A stretch of DNA of 64,000 nucleotides from positions 352,001-416,000 of the forward strand of contig CAVUWV010000024.1 of assembly GCA_963745075.1 (NCBI GenBank), given 5' to 3'. A program made the position numbers and the translations under genes. The DNA comes from Candidatus Hydrogenedentota bacterium. Lineage in GTDB: Bacteria > Hydrogenedentota > Hydrogenedentia > Hydrogenedentales > SLHB01. Positions 9,998 to 21,250 of this stretch are shown piece after piece. Each line of letters opens with the position of its first letter. Positions within the stretch are counted from its first letter, which is position 1. A model generated the notes under the pieces. It saw only the letters and a list, made by a program, of their open reading frames with translations. It ran no database searches and was not told where the DNA came from.

Positions 9998-12900
9998 CTA
10001 TCTGATGCCCCGCACCACAACCGGTCCCAGCAGCCCCGACGATTGCAGGGGGGTATCCGCCTTCCAGGATTTGGTGGTCGTGAAAGTTTCGGGGTTTTCG
10101 ACGCCGGGTTGCGCGTCGCCAACGAGGCGATTCAGCCACACGTTGACCACGTCCACCTCCAGGGCATTTTCACCGGGTTTGACGGCGCTGCTGATGTCTA
10201 TGGTGTACGGTGGCTTCCAAAGGGTGCCTACATCTTTACCGTTAACGCGTACTCGTGCCATCTCGTCTACCCGGCCTAGATCGAGAACCGCGGCCGCACA
10301 GCGGTAGGGAAGCGTAAAGGTCGTGCGATAAGTCGCCGTCCCGGAGTAGTACTTGATCGCGGGGTCGGCGTTCTCATTCCAGGGCGTCAATGTTTCGAAC
10401 GTCACCGTCATTGACGGGAATTGCACTTGCCATGGACCATTGATCTCCTCGACCTGCGGAAGCTCCGGCTCGGGCTCCTGTATTCCCGCAGTATCCCTGC
10501 CGAAGACGACAAACACGGAACCGGCCGGTTCGAAGTGCAGGGAGACCGTGGTCCGGCCGTTCACGACCTCATAGGGGATGGACTCGATCCGTCCGCTGTC
10601 CGCATACCACAGCACCGGCGCGGTCCCATGCGCGCGGAAGGATATCGTCTCGGTGCGTTCTTCATACTGTTGGTTCGACACGAAGTAGATGTCGGAATCG
10701 CCGTCCTGTCGATGTTTCCAGAGCATATCTTCCGGGCACACAACGTCGGGCGCGACTTTCAAATGCTGTAGCGCTTCCGTGAGGTCCCTGCCAGTCATGA
10801 CTCGTCCTTTGTCCCACAAGTCCGCCGCCAGCTTCTGCACCTCCGCGTCGCAATCCGGATAGCGTTCCAGACTTGGCGAACGCAGCGGTTTCGGTCCCAG
10901 CACTGCGCCACCCTCGTCGACAAGTTTCTTGATGCGCTTCAGCAGGGCCGGGCGCATCGTCTCCGACTCCGGCAACACGAGGAGGCTGTAACGGACGCCG
11001 TTCGGAAGAACGAATTGCCCGTTCTTCACCTTGAGCCCGTTCTCGATAACGTCGGCGTTGATGTAGTCGTAGTCGTAGCCCGGCGGCAGCGGAGGCCGAC
11101 GCTCGCCGGCCATCTTCGGTGCGTCTTCACTGATGAAATACGCCACGTCAGCGACGGGGGTACCGGCTTGCAGCAAAACGCTGCACCGGCGCAGGTAGTC
11201 TACCCAGGGTCGCGCGTACCCAAACCAGGTGTTATGGCGATTAAACTCGGTGCCCCACGGCGCGTTGATGCCCGGATTCCGATCTTCCCACGGCTGGTGG
11301 ATCATCACGTGCAGCACGTACTGGTTAATCCCCTCGCAAAACGCCCAGTCGCAGCGCGCTTTGAAATCGCGGGGCGTGTTGACGAAAGCCGGGCCGCCCG
11401 TGAAGGCCTCAGCCCACACGATAGGCTTGCCGTAGATATGCGCTGCCGATGCCGCGTCGCGCAACTCGATGGCGCCTAAGGTGCCCGTAACCCAGAACTC
11501 GCCGCTGATCTCGTCGCAGGAGCCGCCGTACTTCAGAAACTCCCCGGGGAATCCCCAGTGCCCGTAGTTTTCGAGCCACATTTTCAGTCCGTGCTGGTTG
11601 CAGAGATCGCGCAGGCCGCCCACGTAGTCCCGCGCCACGCGGTCGGCCACCATCCGGCGCAAGTCCCAGAGGAAACGGTTGGACTGGTCCGCACTGCCCA
11701 CCACGCGCCCCGTCAGCACCGGCATCCACGGCTTCGGATCGTAGCCGTAGCGCTGTTGAAAGTCTTCGGCGAACCCGTCCGTCCAGTTTTCGGGTCCCAT
11801 CTCGTAGCTGTCGGCTACGACGTGTTTCCAAGCGGTTCGTTCCGCTGCGGGGATTCGATTCAACAGATTCCCTACGTAGGAATCGAAATGCACTTTTAAC
11901 GCGTCCCGGTTCATCTTGTCCACTTCCAGACCGGTCGCTTCAGGCGGGGAGGGACTGTTCTCCGTGCCCGTCGGTGTCATGGCCGTTCGCACCACGATCC
12001 AATCGCCCGTCCGGCACGTCCCATCGGAGCGTTCCATCCGCGTCCATCCGCGCGCTGAGATCGATGACCGTGTCGGGAGCGATCGTCAGATCCGTTGACT
12101 CCGGTTCCGTCTGTTGCGGCCATGAATAGAAATCAAAGGGTGGCTGCGGATCTTGAAACATCTTGACCATCGACTTCTCCGCGATGTCTTCGACCCGCGC
12201 GGCGGAGGAGAGTTGAATGTCGCCCAGTTCGCAATCCTCGGAAAGCGTCAGGCGGAAATGGCGCGCGGTCGTGGCTGGAAACGACACGACGATAGGGGCG
12301 AGCGGAACCGGCCCCACATTGACGTTGAGGTTATGCCGGTCGATTTTGAAGGACTTGATGGTGCGGTACTGCTGCCCGTCGTCGGAGACCTGCAACTCCG
12401 CAGTTACATTGACCTTCTTGATCGGAGTGTACCGTCAGACTCCGCGCGGTGAACGGTTCCGCCGTGTCGAAGGTCACGGATGTCGCCGTTCGCGCGGTCT
12501 CCTTCGCGTTCTTTCCCTCCCCGGCGGGAGCGGGAAAGGCCAGCACCGCGATGTCCTGGAACGCCCCTTCCGGCGATGGCAGTTTACCTTCGAAATGTTG
12601 TGGCCCTGTGAGCCGTGTCTCAGGCAGCGCGACGTAGCGCATGGCCTTGTCCGGCGTGACCCACGGCCCGCCCGACTGGCTCCAACCCGGCGAATTGAAG
12701 AACCCGATGTCCACACCCAGCCGGCCGCCCTCGCGTACCGCGTGCTCGACGAAACTCCACCACTCATCCGAAAGCGCTTTCGGCGCGTCCGCATCCGCCG
12801 GCATCCCGCTCTGGCCGCTGATGATCCCGATGTAGCCCTCGCCGATGCCGATACTGCGCATCGCCTCGAGATCCTTCGTGATGCCTTCCTTCGTGATGTG

Positions 12901-13053
12901 GCCATCCATCCAGTACCAGTAGCACCGCGGCTTCGTCGTATCCGGCGGGGATTTGAAATCCCGCTCCAGGCTGCCGACAGCCGCAAAGCTGTTCAACGCT
13001 GACAGGGCCAGTGCCCAGCATATCAGCCTCTTAATAATTACCTTACTTTTCAC
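9998..13053 (-). CDS. GH106 alpha-L-rhamnosidase-like glycoside hydrolase, split into three ORFs by two +1 frameshifts (about 12430 and 12006-12008)
   Basis: KPRCYWYWMDGHITKEGITKDLEAM, GWSQSGGPWV, DSYE, WAEAFT, WGTEFNRHNTW, KYYSGTATY, LDLGRV motifs; GTG start at 13053 with GAGGGG SD and signal peptide. Confidence 0.85.
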
Positions 13054-13168
13054 AACTGCCCCCTCGACTTGGTTCGACTGAAATCCCAGTGGATGTTTAG
13101 TTCTCTGACTATGATAACCGTTTCTGACTCGGTCAACCATCTCGCGAATCACCGTTGTGACCGCAATT

Positions 13169-15697
13169 TCACGGGGCCCGCTCGTACTCCACGATGACCG
13201 CGCCGGGTCGCTCCGGAATGGTAGCGTCAAGTGCCAATAGCGCCTTACCCTTCATATCCATAGGCTCTTCCGGTTTATAGCCGTGCGTCACCGTGACCGT
13301 GTACTCCGCCTCCGGATCGATCCCCCGCAGGTCATTCAGCGCAAAACCCGTATATGATGAGTCCGGTCGCCGAAAGGCCATCACCATGCCGTCGTCCTCT
13401 TGCGGTCGGTGGTATTGCAGAACCAGCCAGTCCCGCGGGTCCACCGTTACTTCGCTGAGCGCATACAGGTCGCCATAGAAATACTTGCGGATTCGTTTGC
13501 CCTCGACGATGGCTTGCCTGAGCATTTCTCGTGGATACTCCGCCGATCGGATGTCTTCGCAAAACGAAATGCCCGCATTAAACCCGCTTCGAAACAGATA
13601 CGGCGTGGACCCGCTTTGGCCGCTGACATTAAACGGTACGAACCGGCTCAGGCCTGCGGTCATGACCTGGTTTTGAAGTGCCGCCTGCGCGTAGTTCTTG
13701 TCCATGAGCGGTTGAATCGTCGCATCCGTCCGCCACAGATTGATGGCGCGCGAAGCCGTCTCCAGATCGATGCGGTGTCCCCCGGAGGAAACGTTATCGA
13801 TGAACAGGTGCGGATTGGCCGCGAGCACCGCGTCCCATACTGCGTACAACCCCTCCACATACCGAATCTCCGCTATCCCGACTCGGTTGGGGTCGTCCCC
13901 GTCGAGGATATGCCACATGCGGTCAAAGTCCGTCGCGTTATCCAGGCGAAGGCAGTCTATCCGGTATTCTTTGATCGCCAACAGGAGGTATTCGGTCAGA
14001 TAGTCTCGCGCTTCGGGATTGCCGAGATTGAGCATGCCCCAACCGCCGTCCTCCGGCATGGCCACCCAGTCCGGATGTTCCTTCGCCATCAGCGTGCCTG
14101 CGCAGATCCGTTCCGGCTCCATCCATAGCAGAAACTTCATGCCCGCTGCATGGGCCGCTTCGCTGATGGGTTTCAGACCGTGCGGGAAGCGTTTGGGATC
14201 GACCGCCCGTTCCAGCGGCAGCACATAATTGCCCACGGTGGGAAACCGGTCGGGACCGTAGTAGGCGTCCAGCCAGAAGAACTCAAAACCCAGTCCCTTC
14301 GCCGCTTCGAGGTGCGAGAGCACGTCCGCTTCGGTACCGTCGTCCATCTCGTAGAACGACGTGCTCAGGTGGGCAATGGGCGGAGTCGGGCACACGCCGT
14401 CGACGCGTGGCATGATGTGGGCGAACATCGTCCGTCGAAACAGGTTGTATGGCGCTTGGGCGTCGTCTTCCTTCCAATATAGTTGCAGGACACGCGGTGA
14501 TCGGATGCTTTCGCCGGGCTTCAGTGAAAGATGAAGATTCTGCATGCCCGCCTGAATGCGCAAGGGTCCGCTCGTGTATTCAACCGACGCCTGCCATTGC
14601 CCCGTCCATCCAATCGCCGTAATGACGCCCTCGTTCCCCCAACTCACGTTGAAGAAAGGGCAGGCTCCGCACGACGACCGGCCCCGAATCGGCGCAAACA
14701 CGATGGGCTGTCCAGGCGCAACCGCTTGGTCGAATGGCATCCAATCGTCCACCCCTGACGAAGCCCGAAGGCTGTGAAACACGGGAGCCTCGCCCGGTCC
14801 TGGCCACAGGGACGTATCCACCGCGCGCACCGCTTCGAGGATGGGCGTGTCGGTAGAGCCCTTGTTGGTGAAATACAGCGTCCAATCCGCACCCGGCGTA
14901 TCGAGGTACAGGTCGCACACCGCCTGCACTTCGAGCGACGTTCCCGGATCGGTCCACGTCACAGTACGCCTGCGTTTCGTGGCGTCAACCGTTTCGTCTA
15001 TGTCCTCCCGCGTCCATCCGTGCAAGAACTCGCGCGACGACCGCCCTCCGTATACAAAGGAAAAAGGCACATCGTCGCCCGCGCCCGATGACTTGGCCAG
15101 GTCGTCCAGCCACAGCACGGAACCGTCCTCCAGTTCCACCCGGGCATCGGCCCAGTCTGCCTGGTCAAAACTGCGCCCGTCGCCGCCGTCTTCCACAATT
15201 AGTTCGAAGACCGTGGTCCCCCCGAGGGGCACGTCGATAGACCGCGCGTCGCCCGTCGGCTTCATCACCTCCGTCGCAAACACGTCGTTGCCCGCAGCCC
15301 GCACGACAAACCGCACCGACGCCACCGTATTGTCCACGTTCCGGTCCATGCCAATGTCCGCGAGCAACCGCTTCGCCGGGCCGCTGAGCGACACCGTGAT
15401 CGCGCACCGTGAGTTCACCCCAATGCCTCGGGTGTACGTTCGCTCGCCCAAACGCATCGGCGTGCCCGCCGCGCACAGACCGACTTTCGCAGTTCCAGGC
15501 TCGTCGTCGTGAGTGATTTCCAGACGGTTCCCGTCGTCTACCATGGGCTGATCCGAAAACACCCGTTCCGCCCACTCGACCGTCCGATCCAACGCACCGG
15601 CGTAGTCGCCATAGACGCTATCAGTGGCTATCAGCAGTGTGCCCAGAGCAAGGAGAATGACCCCAGAACGCGGATAAGGCACTGCTATGCTCCTCAT
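13169..15697 (-). CDS. Alpha-galactosidase (GH36-like) with N-terminal NPCBM/NEW2 carbohydrate-binding domain
   Basis: Signal peptide; NPCBM motifs (YTRGIGVNS, DQADWADAR); GH36 core FWLDAYY, RFPHGLKP, LWMEPER, LRLD, IDNVSSGGHRIDL. Confidence 0.85.
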   Translation of the reverse strand: MRSIAVPYPRSGVILLALGTLLIATDSVYGDYAGALDRTVEWAERVFSDQPMVDDGNRLEITHDDEPGTAKVGLCAAGTPMRLGERTYTRGIGVNSRCAITVSLSGPAKRLLADIGMDRNVDNTVASVRFVVRAAGNDVFATEVMKPTGDARSIDVPLGGTTVFELIVEDGGDGRSFDQADWADARVELEDGSVLWLDDLAKSSGAGDDVPFSFVYGGRSSREFLHGWTREDIDETVDATKRRRTVTWTDPGTSLEVQAVCDLYLDTPGADWTLYFTNKGSTDTPILEAVRAVDTSLWPGPGEAPVFHSLRASSGVDDWMPFDQAVAPGQPIVFAPIRGRSSCGACPFFNVSWGNEGVITAIGWTGQWQASVEYTSGPLRIQAGMQNLHLSLKPGESIRSPRVLQLYWKEDDAQAPYNLFRRTMFAHIMPRVDGVCPTPPIAHLSTSFYEMDDGTEADVLSHLEAAKGLGFEFFWLDAYYGPDRFPTVGNYVLPLERAVDPKRFPHGLKPISEAAHAAGMKFLLWMEPERICAGTLMAKEHPDWVAMPEDGGWGMLNLGNPEARDYLTEYLLLAIKEYRIDCLRLDNATDFDRMWHILDGDDPNRVGIAEIRYVEGLYAVWDAVLAANPHLFIDNVSSGGHRIDLETASRAINLWRTDATIQPLMDKNYAQAALQNQVMTAGLSRFVPFNVSGQSGSTPYLFRSGFNAGISFCEDIRSAEYPREMLRQAIVEGKRIRKYFYGDLYALSEVTVDPRDWLVLQYHRPQEDDGMVMAFRRPDSSYTGFALNDLRGIDPEAEYTVTVTHGYKPEEPMDMKGKALLALDATIPERPGAVIVEYERAP

Positions 15698-15853
15698 TTG
15701 TTTGCGAAGGACTCACCCGGAATCCACGCCGTCCACACCATGTCAGCAACAAGTCGCAGGCCACGGGTCCGTGTGCCGCGTTCGTCATTTAGACACTACG
15801 CCTCCCGTCACGACTTCGCAACGGGAATAGGGGAGAGACCACGCGAATGGTCC

Positions 15854-15886
15854 TTGACATCATCTATTTCGTGTGACAAAATAGAT
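15854..15886 (+). promoter_or_regulatory. Sigma70 promoter overlapped by a palindromic operator (probable PadR autoregulatory site)
   Basis: TTGACA(15854)-N17-CAAAAT(15877); inverted repeat ATCTATTT(15862-15869)/AAATAGAT(15879-15886). Confidence 0.7.
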
Positions 15887-15888
15887 AC

Positions 15889-16233
15889 ATGAAAACGATC
15901 GACGGCAATCTGCTTCGCGGGCACCTGGAATCTCTCATTCTCGTCGTGCTGGAGCGAGCGCCGGCCCACGGGTTTGAGATCATGAAACGGCTCGACGTGG
16001 AAGGCCGGGGTGCGCTCGACCTCAAAGAGGGCACGGTCTATCCGATCCTCTACCGATTGGAGAAGGCCAAGTGCGTTCGCGCAGTGTGGGATGCGGACAC
16101 GGCGTCGAGTCGCGGCCCCCGGCGGCGCGTGTATCACATCACCCCGCGAGGTCGACGCGAATTGGAAAAGAGCCGAAAACGGTGGGAACAGTTCGTTGGC
16201 ACCGTGGGCCGCATGATTGAGGCGCCCCCATGA
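15889..16233 (+). CDS. PadR family transcriptional regulator
   Basis: LLRGHLESLILVVLE..PAHGFEI...EGTVYPILYRLE...RRVYHITPRGR. Confidence 0.92.
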   Translation: MKTIDGNLLRGHLESLILVVLERAPAHGFEIMKRLDVEGRGALDLKEGTVYPILYRLEKAKCVRAVWDADTASSRGPRRRVYHITPRGRRELEKSRKRWEQFVGTVGRMIEAPP

Positions 16234-17028
16234 TGTGGCAAAAGAAATGGGTCGAACGGTTGGTCACTCGCCTCCCAGCGCGGGAGGCCGTGAAGGACCG
16301 ATTGCGCGAAGAGCTGTGGGGCCATTTAGTCTCGCTGTATGAAGAAGAACGCGCGCGCCATCCGATTGATAACGACGCGAGACGTGCCGCCTGTCGACGC
16401 CTTGGCGAATCGATTGCCATCGAACGGGAATTTCGGAGTTGCCGGTCCGTTCACGAGCGCCTCGAAGAGCGTCTTCTACGGCTTATAGCGCCGGTACGCG
16501 TTGCCGACATACGGACCTACGCCGTAAACAAGGCCGTTCGTATCTTTATCGTATCCGGACTCGCGCTGTTCGCGGTTTCCTGCTTCGCCGTGGACCTTCC
16601 CGGAATGACTCCGATCGCCGCGTTGACAACCTGGATCACGGGCACCGCGCTTCAAGCTCTCGCGGCAGTTTCGACCGGGGTAATAATTTACGAGTTCAAC
16701 GCGGGTCGCGCAGCGAGCCTGGTCGATGTGAAAGGCACCGTACGGTTGCTGTGCGTCGATGCGGCGTTTTCTCACCGGTGCGGCGGTGATCCTTTTCGCG
16801 GCGTTCTCCGTCTGGTTCATCGGATACGCGGCATTTTATGTCGTGTGCCTACGGACCGGTCGATTGGAGATGATCCGCGTCTTTGACGTATTCGGGCGTG
16901 ATGTGCTTTTGCCGTCGAGTGTAATCATGTCGCTGTTGAGTCCCACGCTTGCCCGGACATTTCGGTGGGTGGAGCGCCGGGCCCGGAGATTGCCGGAATG
17001 GCCCTACTCGCAACCGAGCCGGTGCTGA
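16230..17028 (+). CDS. PadR-associated membrane protein with N-terminal permease-prefix/HAAS-like domain; +1 frameshift at 16767-16770
   Basis: REELWGHL...ARRAACRRLGE prefix motif then TM helices. Deleting one T in TTTT joins ORFs 16230..16886 and 16759..17028 (VDAAFLTGAAVILF). Confidence 0.7.
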
Positions 17029-17037
17029 GCAACGGAT

Positions 17038-17988
17038 ATGAGCGCGCCATGCCGCATCAAAAATTCGACCAGTGATTCCGATGCCGCAATCGATATGGCG
17101 GTTGTTGCCGAAGGACTCACCAAACGATACGGCGCCAATGACGGGGTCCACGGGCTGGACCTCACAATCCCGCGCGGCTGCAAATTCGGGTTGCTCGGCC
17201 CAAACGGTGCGGGAAAAAGCACCACGCTCAAAATGTGCATGGGAATCCTGCGGCCCGAATCGGGGAATCTGACCGTCCTGGGGCAACCGGCGCCTGCCGA
17301 CCGTCCGGAGCTTCGCGCCCGAATCGGGTACGTGCCCGAGCGCCATCACATCTATCGCTGGATGACGGTAGGAGAAGTAATTCGATTCACCCGCGCCTTC
17401 TATCCGACCTGGAACGATACTCTTTGCGACGACCTCAGGAGTCAGTATGGACTGGCATTGGACAAGCAGGTCGGACAACTCTCGCATGGCATGCTGACCA
17501 AGCTCGCCTTGATCCTGGCGTTGTCCCACGAGCCCGAACTGTTGATTCTCGACGAACCGACGACCGGCCTTGACCCCCTGGTCCGCGAAGAGTTTCTCGA
17601 CGGGATCCTTCACCCCCTCGTCGAACAATCGGAACGCACCGTGATCTTTTCGAGTCATATCATGAGTGACATCGAGGCGGTATCTGACACGATCGCCATC
17701 ATGCACCAAGGCCGCTTGCTCCTGTGCCGTTCGCGCCGCGGATTGATGGAGCACACCAAACGGGTTGTCGCGATCGGGGAAATGACGGGGGAGAACGACG
17801 TCGCGTTGGAGGGCACGGTTCGCGTCCAACACGAAGTCGGCCGAACCGTACTCACGATACAAGACTTCTCCGATGCGCACGCCGCGCGCTTGCGGAATTG
17901 TCCGGGAGTCCGATCGGTCGATGTCCATGACATGACGCTGGAGGATATTTTCAAAGACGCCATCAAGGGAGCCCGCACGTCACGATGA
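17038..17988 (+). CDS. ABC transporter ATP-binding protein (ABC-2 exporter type)
   Basis: Walker A GPNGAGKST, signature LSHGM, Walker B LILDEPTTGLDP, SSH motif; start may be 17095. Confidence 0.92.
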   Translation: MSAPCRIKNSTSDSDAAIDMAVVAEGLTKRYGANDGVHGLDLTIPRGCKFGLLGPNGAGKSTTLKMCMGILRPESGNLTVLGQPAPADRPELRARIGYVPERHHIYRWMTVGEVIRFTRAFYPTWNDTLCDDLRSQYGLALDKQVGQLSHGMLTKLALILALSHEPELLILDEPTTGLDPLVREEFLDGILHPLVEQSERTVIFSSHIMSDIEAVSDTIAIMHQGRLLLCRSRRGLMEHTKRVVAIGEMTGENDVALEGTVRVQHEVGRTVLTIQDFSDAHAARLRNCPGVRSVDVHDMTLEDIFKDAIKGARTSR

Positions 17989-19475
17989 TCGCGTTGCTTC
18001 GCAAGGAACTGCGGTTAGCGGCGGACGTCATGGCTGGCGCGACCGTATTCCTGTTCGCGTCGTTCCCCCTGGCGTTACTCGGAATTGCCATGCAAGGAAT
18101 CAAGCCGTTTCCCTGGATATCGGTCGTCGGCGCCGGCTGCGTCTTGAATCAATATACAATGGTGCTGACGAGTGCGCTTCTCGGCGCGGTGACGTTTGCC
18201 CGCGAACGGGAGGAAGGGAATCAGCATTTTCTCGCACTGCTTCCGCTCACGAGAGAGCGCGAATTCGCGGCGAAGATTGCGGCCTGCGTAGTCACTTGGG
18301 CCGCATTGTGGACATTGAACGTCCTCATTCTCATCGGATTCGTCACGGCTATCAGCGCGCGATTGACGCCGCTTCTGCCGTTCCTTCCACGCATGGTCGG
18401 AGTCGGCTTGACCTCCTTTGCGGCCCTGGGTGGTGCGGCATTTGCCGCGTGTTACATTCCCAGCGTAACGGGCGCGGCAGTCGCGGGCCTCTGCGCGGTG
18501 GCACTCGTGACCGTCGCGCGACTCTTGTGGATGAGTTTTGGGAACGCCGGAGACTACTTCAGCATCCCATTTCTTGTGTTGCTCGGGATCTTGGGGACGT
18601 TAGGACTCGCCATCTCCACCAGAACGTTCTGGCGCGATCGTGCCGCAGATGCTGTCGTATTGGCGCCTGCCAGGCGGACCTCATATCGGATGCCCTCTCG
18701 CGCTCCGGGGAATGCGTGGGGAATTACCCGTGCCCTACTCTGGAAAGACGCCCGGCTGCAACGGCCCGCGTTGCTATCCGGATTCGCGCTCGTCTGCTTG
18801 CCCTATATTGCGGCCGCTGGAAACGCGATTCTCTCTCCCGATGCGGCGTCCGGTTTCCGCGTTGCCAGTCTTGTCTCCATCGCCTTGGGTTGGATCGTCC
18901 TGCCATTGTGGAGCGCGAGCGGCCTTGCGGGCGAGTGGGAGTCCTCCTCCCATCAGTTTCTGGCATACCTTCCCGTCTCATCAAGGCGGGTCGCCGCGGC
19001 CAAGTTCTCCATTGCGTTTCTCCCATCGCTACTCGTGTTTCTTACGGGCGTAGCGAGTTTTGCCGTCGCGCAATACGCCATTACCGGCATTTCGCCCGCG
19101 CGTCTCTCCACGTCGTGGGACGCGTTCAGTGAAACCGGCTTTGTCACCGGCGCGGTGGCCTATTCCTGTGCGTTACCCGTCACGTTCGCCACGGCGTGGT
19201 TTTTCGCCGCCCGCTTGAAACGCAAGATCGTGGCAATTGTTCTCGGCATACTGTCCGGCCCCTTGGCCATGGCTTCATGGGCGATTACCGGCGCACCCGG
19301 CGGTTACGTTGTCGAGCATTTCTCTCCGCTGCAGACTCTCGCAATTCACGCCACGATTTGGGTTGTTGTATCGGGAATACTAACCGTTGCGGGTGTGAAG
19401 CAATGCTCGAATCGCGATCGCGCGCGGGTAAGGCCTCTGTTCTGCAATAGCGGTCGGTTCACAGGCTCAAGGTAG
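17985..19475 (+). CDS. ABC-2 type permease with two tandem permease halves
   Basis: Highly hydrophobic; MIALLRKELRL and internal RALLWKDARL, each followed by an E...HxFLxxLP..R...AAK motif; overlaps the ATPase stop. Confidence 0.8.
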   Translation: MIALLRKELRLAADVMAGATVFLFASFPLALLGIAMQGIKPFPWISVVGAGCVLNQYTMVLTSALLGAVTFAREREEGNQHFLALLPLTREREFAAKIAACVVTWAALWTLNVLILIGFVTAISARLTPLLPFLPRMVGVGLTSFAALGGAAFAACYIPSVTGAAVAGLCAVALVTVARLLWMSFGNAGDYFSIPFLVLLGILGTLGLAISTRTFWRDRAADAVVLAPARRTSYRMPSRAPGNAWGITRALLWKDARLQRPALLSGFALVCLPYIAAAGNAILSPDAASGFRVASLVSIALGWIVLPLWSASGLAGEWESSSHQFLAYLPVSSRRVAAAKFSIAFLPSLLVFLTGVASFAVAQYAITGISPARLSTSWDAFSETGFVTGAVAYSCALPVTFATAWFFAARLKRKIVAIVLGILSGPLAMASWAITGAPGGYVVEHFSPLQTLAIHATIWVVVSGILTVAGVKQCSNRDRARVRPLFCNSGRFTGSR

Positions 19476-19519
19476 CGATGCGCTTCGGTCGGGAGCGTAA
19501 TGCGTAGGCGAACCCCCGG

Positions 19520-21154
19520 CTACTGCTTCGGCGGCCCGAGCAATAACGCATGATAGCGGTCGGGAGGAACGGGGCCGAAGGCGTACGGCATTGGACCCCA
19601 ACTCGACGAGTAGAATCCCGCGCCGAGGGAAGTGCACATGAGGGCGAGCCCATGGGTCGCATCAACTTCCGAGGTCTTCACGCCATATACGTACTGCTCC
19701 GGCAATTGCCGGATGTTCGCGTTATTCTGCGGCACGACGAGGTAGTCGCCGGCCCGATACTGGGGACGATCGAAATCAAAGGCCTTCGCGCCGGCCAATT
19801 GCATGTAATACTGAAACCCCCAGTGCCCTTGAAAGAGGACGACCCCCTGCGTGTTCCCGCCCGAACCGTATCGGCGCGCGGTATCCCGCGCGGACTGCGC
19901 CCACGCATAATCCGCCCATGCCACCGCAACGGCCAATGCGACGGACAACGCAAACGCCGGCCAAATGCGCCAGCGAACCGCAGCGGCGCCACCCCGCCGA
20001 TCAATGCGCCGCGCGAGCAGAATCGCGGCGGGCGCGGCAATCGGCAACAAGCTCCGTGCGGTCACACTCCAATTCGTCACGACTGCGAAGAACAGCGTTC
20101 CCACGGCCCACAACGCCAGGAGAAGCGAGCCCGCATCGCGTGCCCGGCGCGCGTCATCGATGAGGAGAAGCACAAGGTGAAGACCCCCGAGGACCATCAC
20201 GGCACACTGTGCCACGCTGAACCACGGTAGCGGTTCTTCGCGCCCATGAAACTCAAACACGCAAACGCCAAGAACCGTTGCCAGCGCGGGAATCCAGCGA
20301 AGCACCCGTCCGGGCCAAACCACGGGCACAAAAAATACGAGAAATGCCGCGCAGCCTCCGGTAAAGGCCAGGCCGCTAATCCACTGCTCGTGCCAGGGCA
20401 CGGACCCCAAGGCGCGCGCGTTTTCCGCGACGGTCGCGGCATTGACGAATATCGATCGTCCATAAAGGGCGTACGTGCACAGCTGCTCGGCGACAAACCC
20501 CAGCACCGGGATCAGTAACGGCACAATCCACCACCCTGCACGTCGGCGCACAACGACCGTATACACGAGCAGCAATGGCGCCGCTGCAAGTCCGAAGTAC
20601 TTCGCCCCTCCCGCCGCCGCCGCGGCGATACCGGCTGCGAAAAACCACCGGTTCCGGCCGCTATCCAGCCCGGTCATCCACAGGGCGATGGCGGAAACGA
20701 AGAACGCAGTCATCGGGAGATCGAGCATGATGTTGGAAGCGCAGACCATCGTTACGGGGCAAAGTTGTGCGAGTAACGTCGCAAAAATCGGCCGTTGCGT
20801 TAGCCGGGAGGCGACGAAGAAGACGCTGACGCTCAGCAGCACGGCGAATCCGGCGTACAGCACGTGCAGCGAAATCTCGCTCCAACCGAACACCGTGGCC
20901 CACACGGCAAGCAGGTACGGCACCAACGGGGGGCTCGCGTGCATGGCGTAGACCGGCATCTCCCGTCCATACCAGTTGATCTGCGCCCCGTAGAAGTCGA
21001 ACGGATGCGATTGAATGTATTGCCCGACCCAGATGTAGAACGGGTCATCGATGTGAAAGGCCTTCGCACAGAATGGCAGGACACTCGCCAGCGTGACCGC
21101 CGCACAAAGAGCTGCCCGATGTTTCCGTCCCCAGTTCCATGACTTTCGCACCAT
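19520..21154 (-). CDS. ArnT/PMT (GT39/GT83-like) membrane glycosyltransferase
   Basis: KAFHIDDP, HASPPLVPYLLA, GWSEISLH, AKYFG motifs; many TM helices; start uncertain (21154-21202). Confidence 0.75.
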   Translation of the reverse strand: MVRKSWNWGRKHRAALCAAVTLASVLPFCAKAFHIDDPFYIWVGQYIQSHPFDFYGAQINWYGREMPVYAMHASPPLVPYLLAVWATVFGWSEISLHVLYAGFAVLLSVSVFFVASRLTQRPIFATLLAQLCPVTMVCASNIMLDLPMTAFFVSAIALWMTGLDSGRNRWFFAAGIAAAAAGGAKYFGLAAAPLLLVYTVVVRRRAGWWIVPLLIPVLGFVAEQLCTYALYGRSIFVNAATVAENARALGSVPWHEQWISGLAFTGGCAAFLVFFVPVVWPGRVLRWIPALATVLGVCVFEFHGREEPLPWFSVAQCAVMVLGGLHLVLLLIDDARRARDAGSLLLALWAVGTLFFAVVTNWSVTARSLLPIAAPAAILLARRIDRRGGAAAVRWRIWPAFALSVALAVAVAWADYAWAQSARDTARRYGSGGNTQGVVLFQGHWGFQYYMQLAGAKAFDFDRPQYRAGDYLVVPQNNANIRQLPEQYVYGVKTSEVDATHGLALMCTSLGAGFYSSSWGPMPYAFGPVPPDRYHALLLGPPKQ

Positions 21155-21250
21155 GCCGCGCGCGTTCCCTTGTACCATTTGCTGCGGGCGAGCATACCAC
21201 ATCCGTTCGGAAACACTCGTTCGCCGCGTACGGCTCGTTATCCATCCGGA

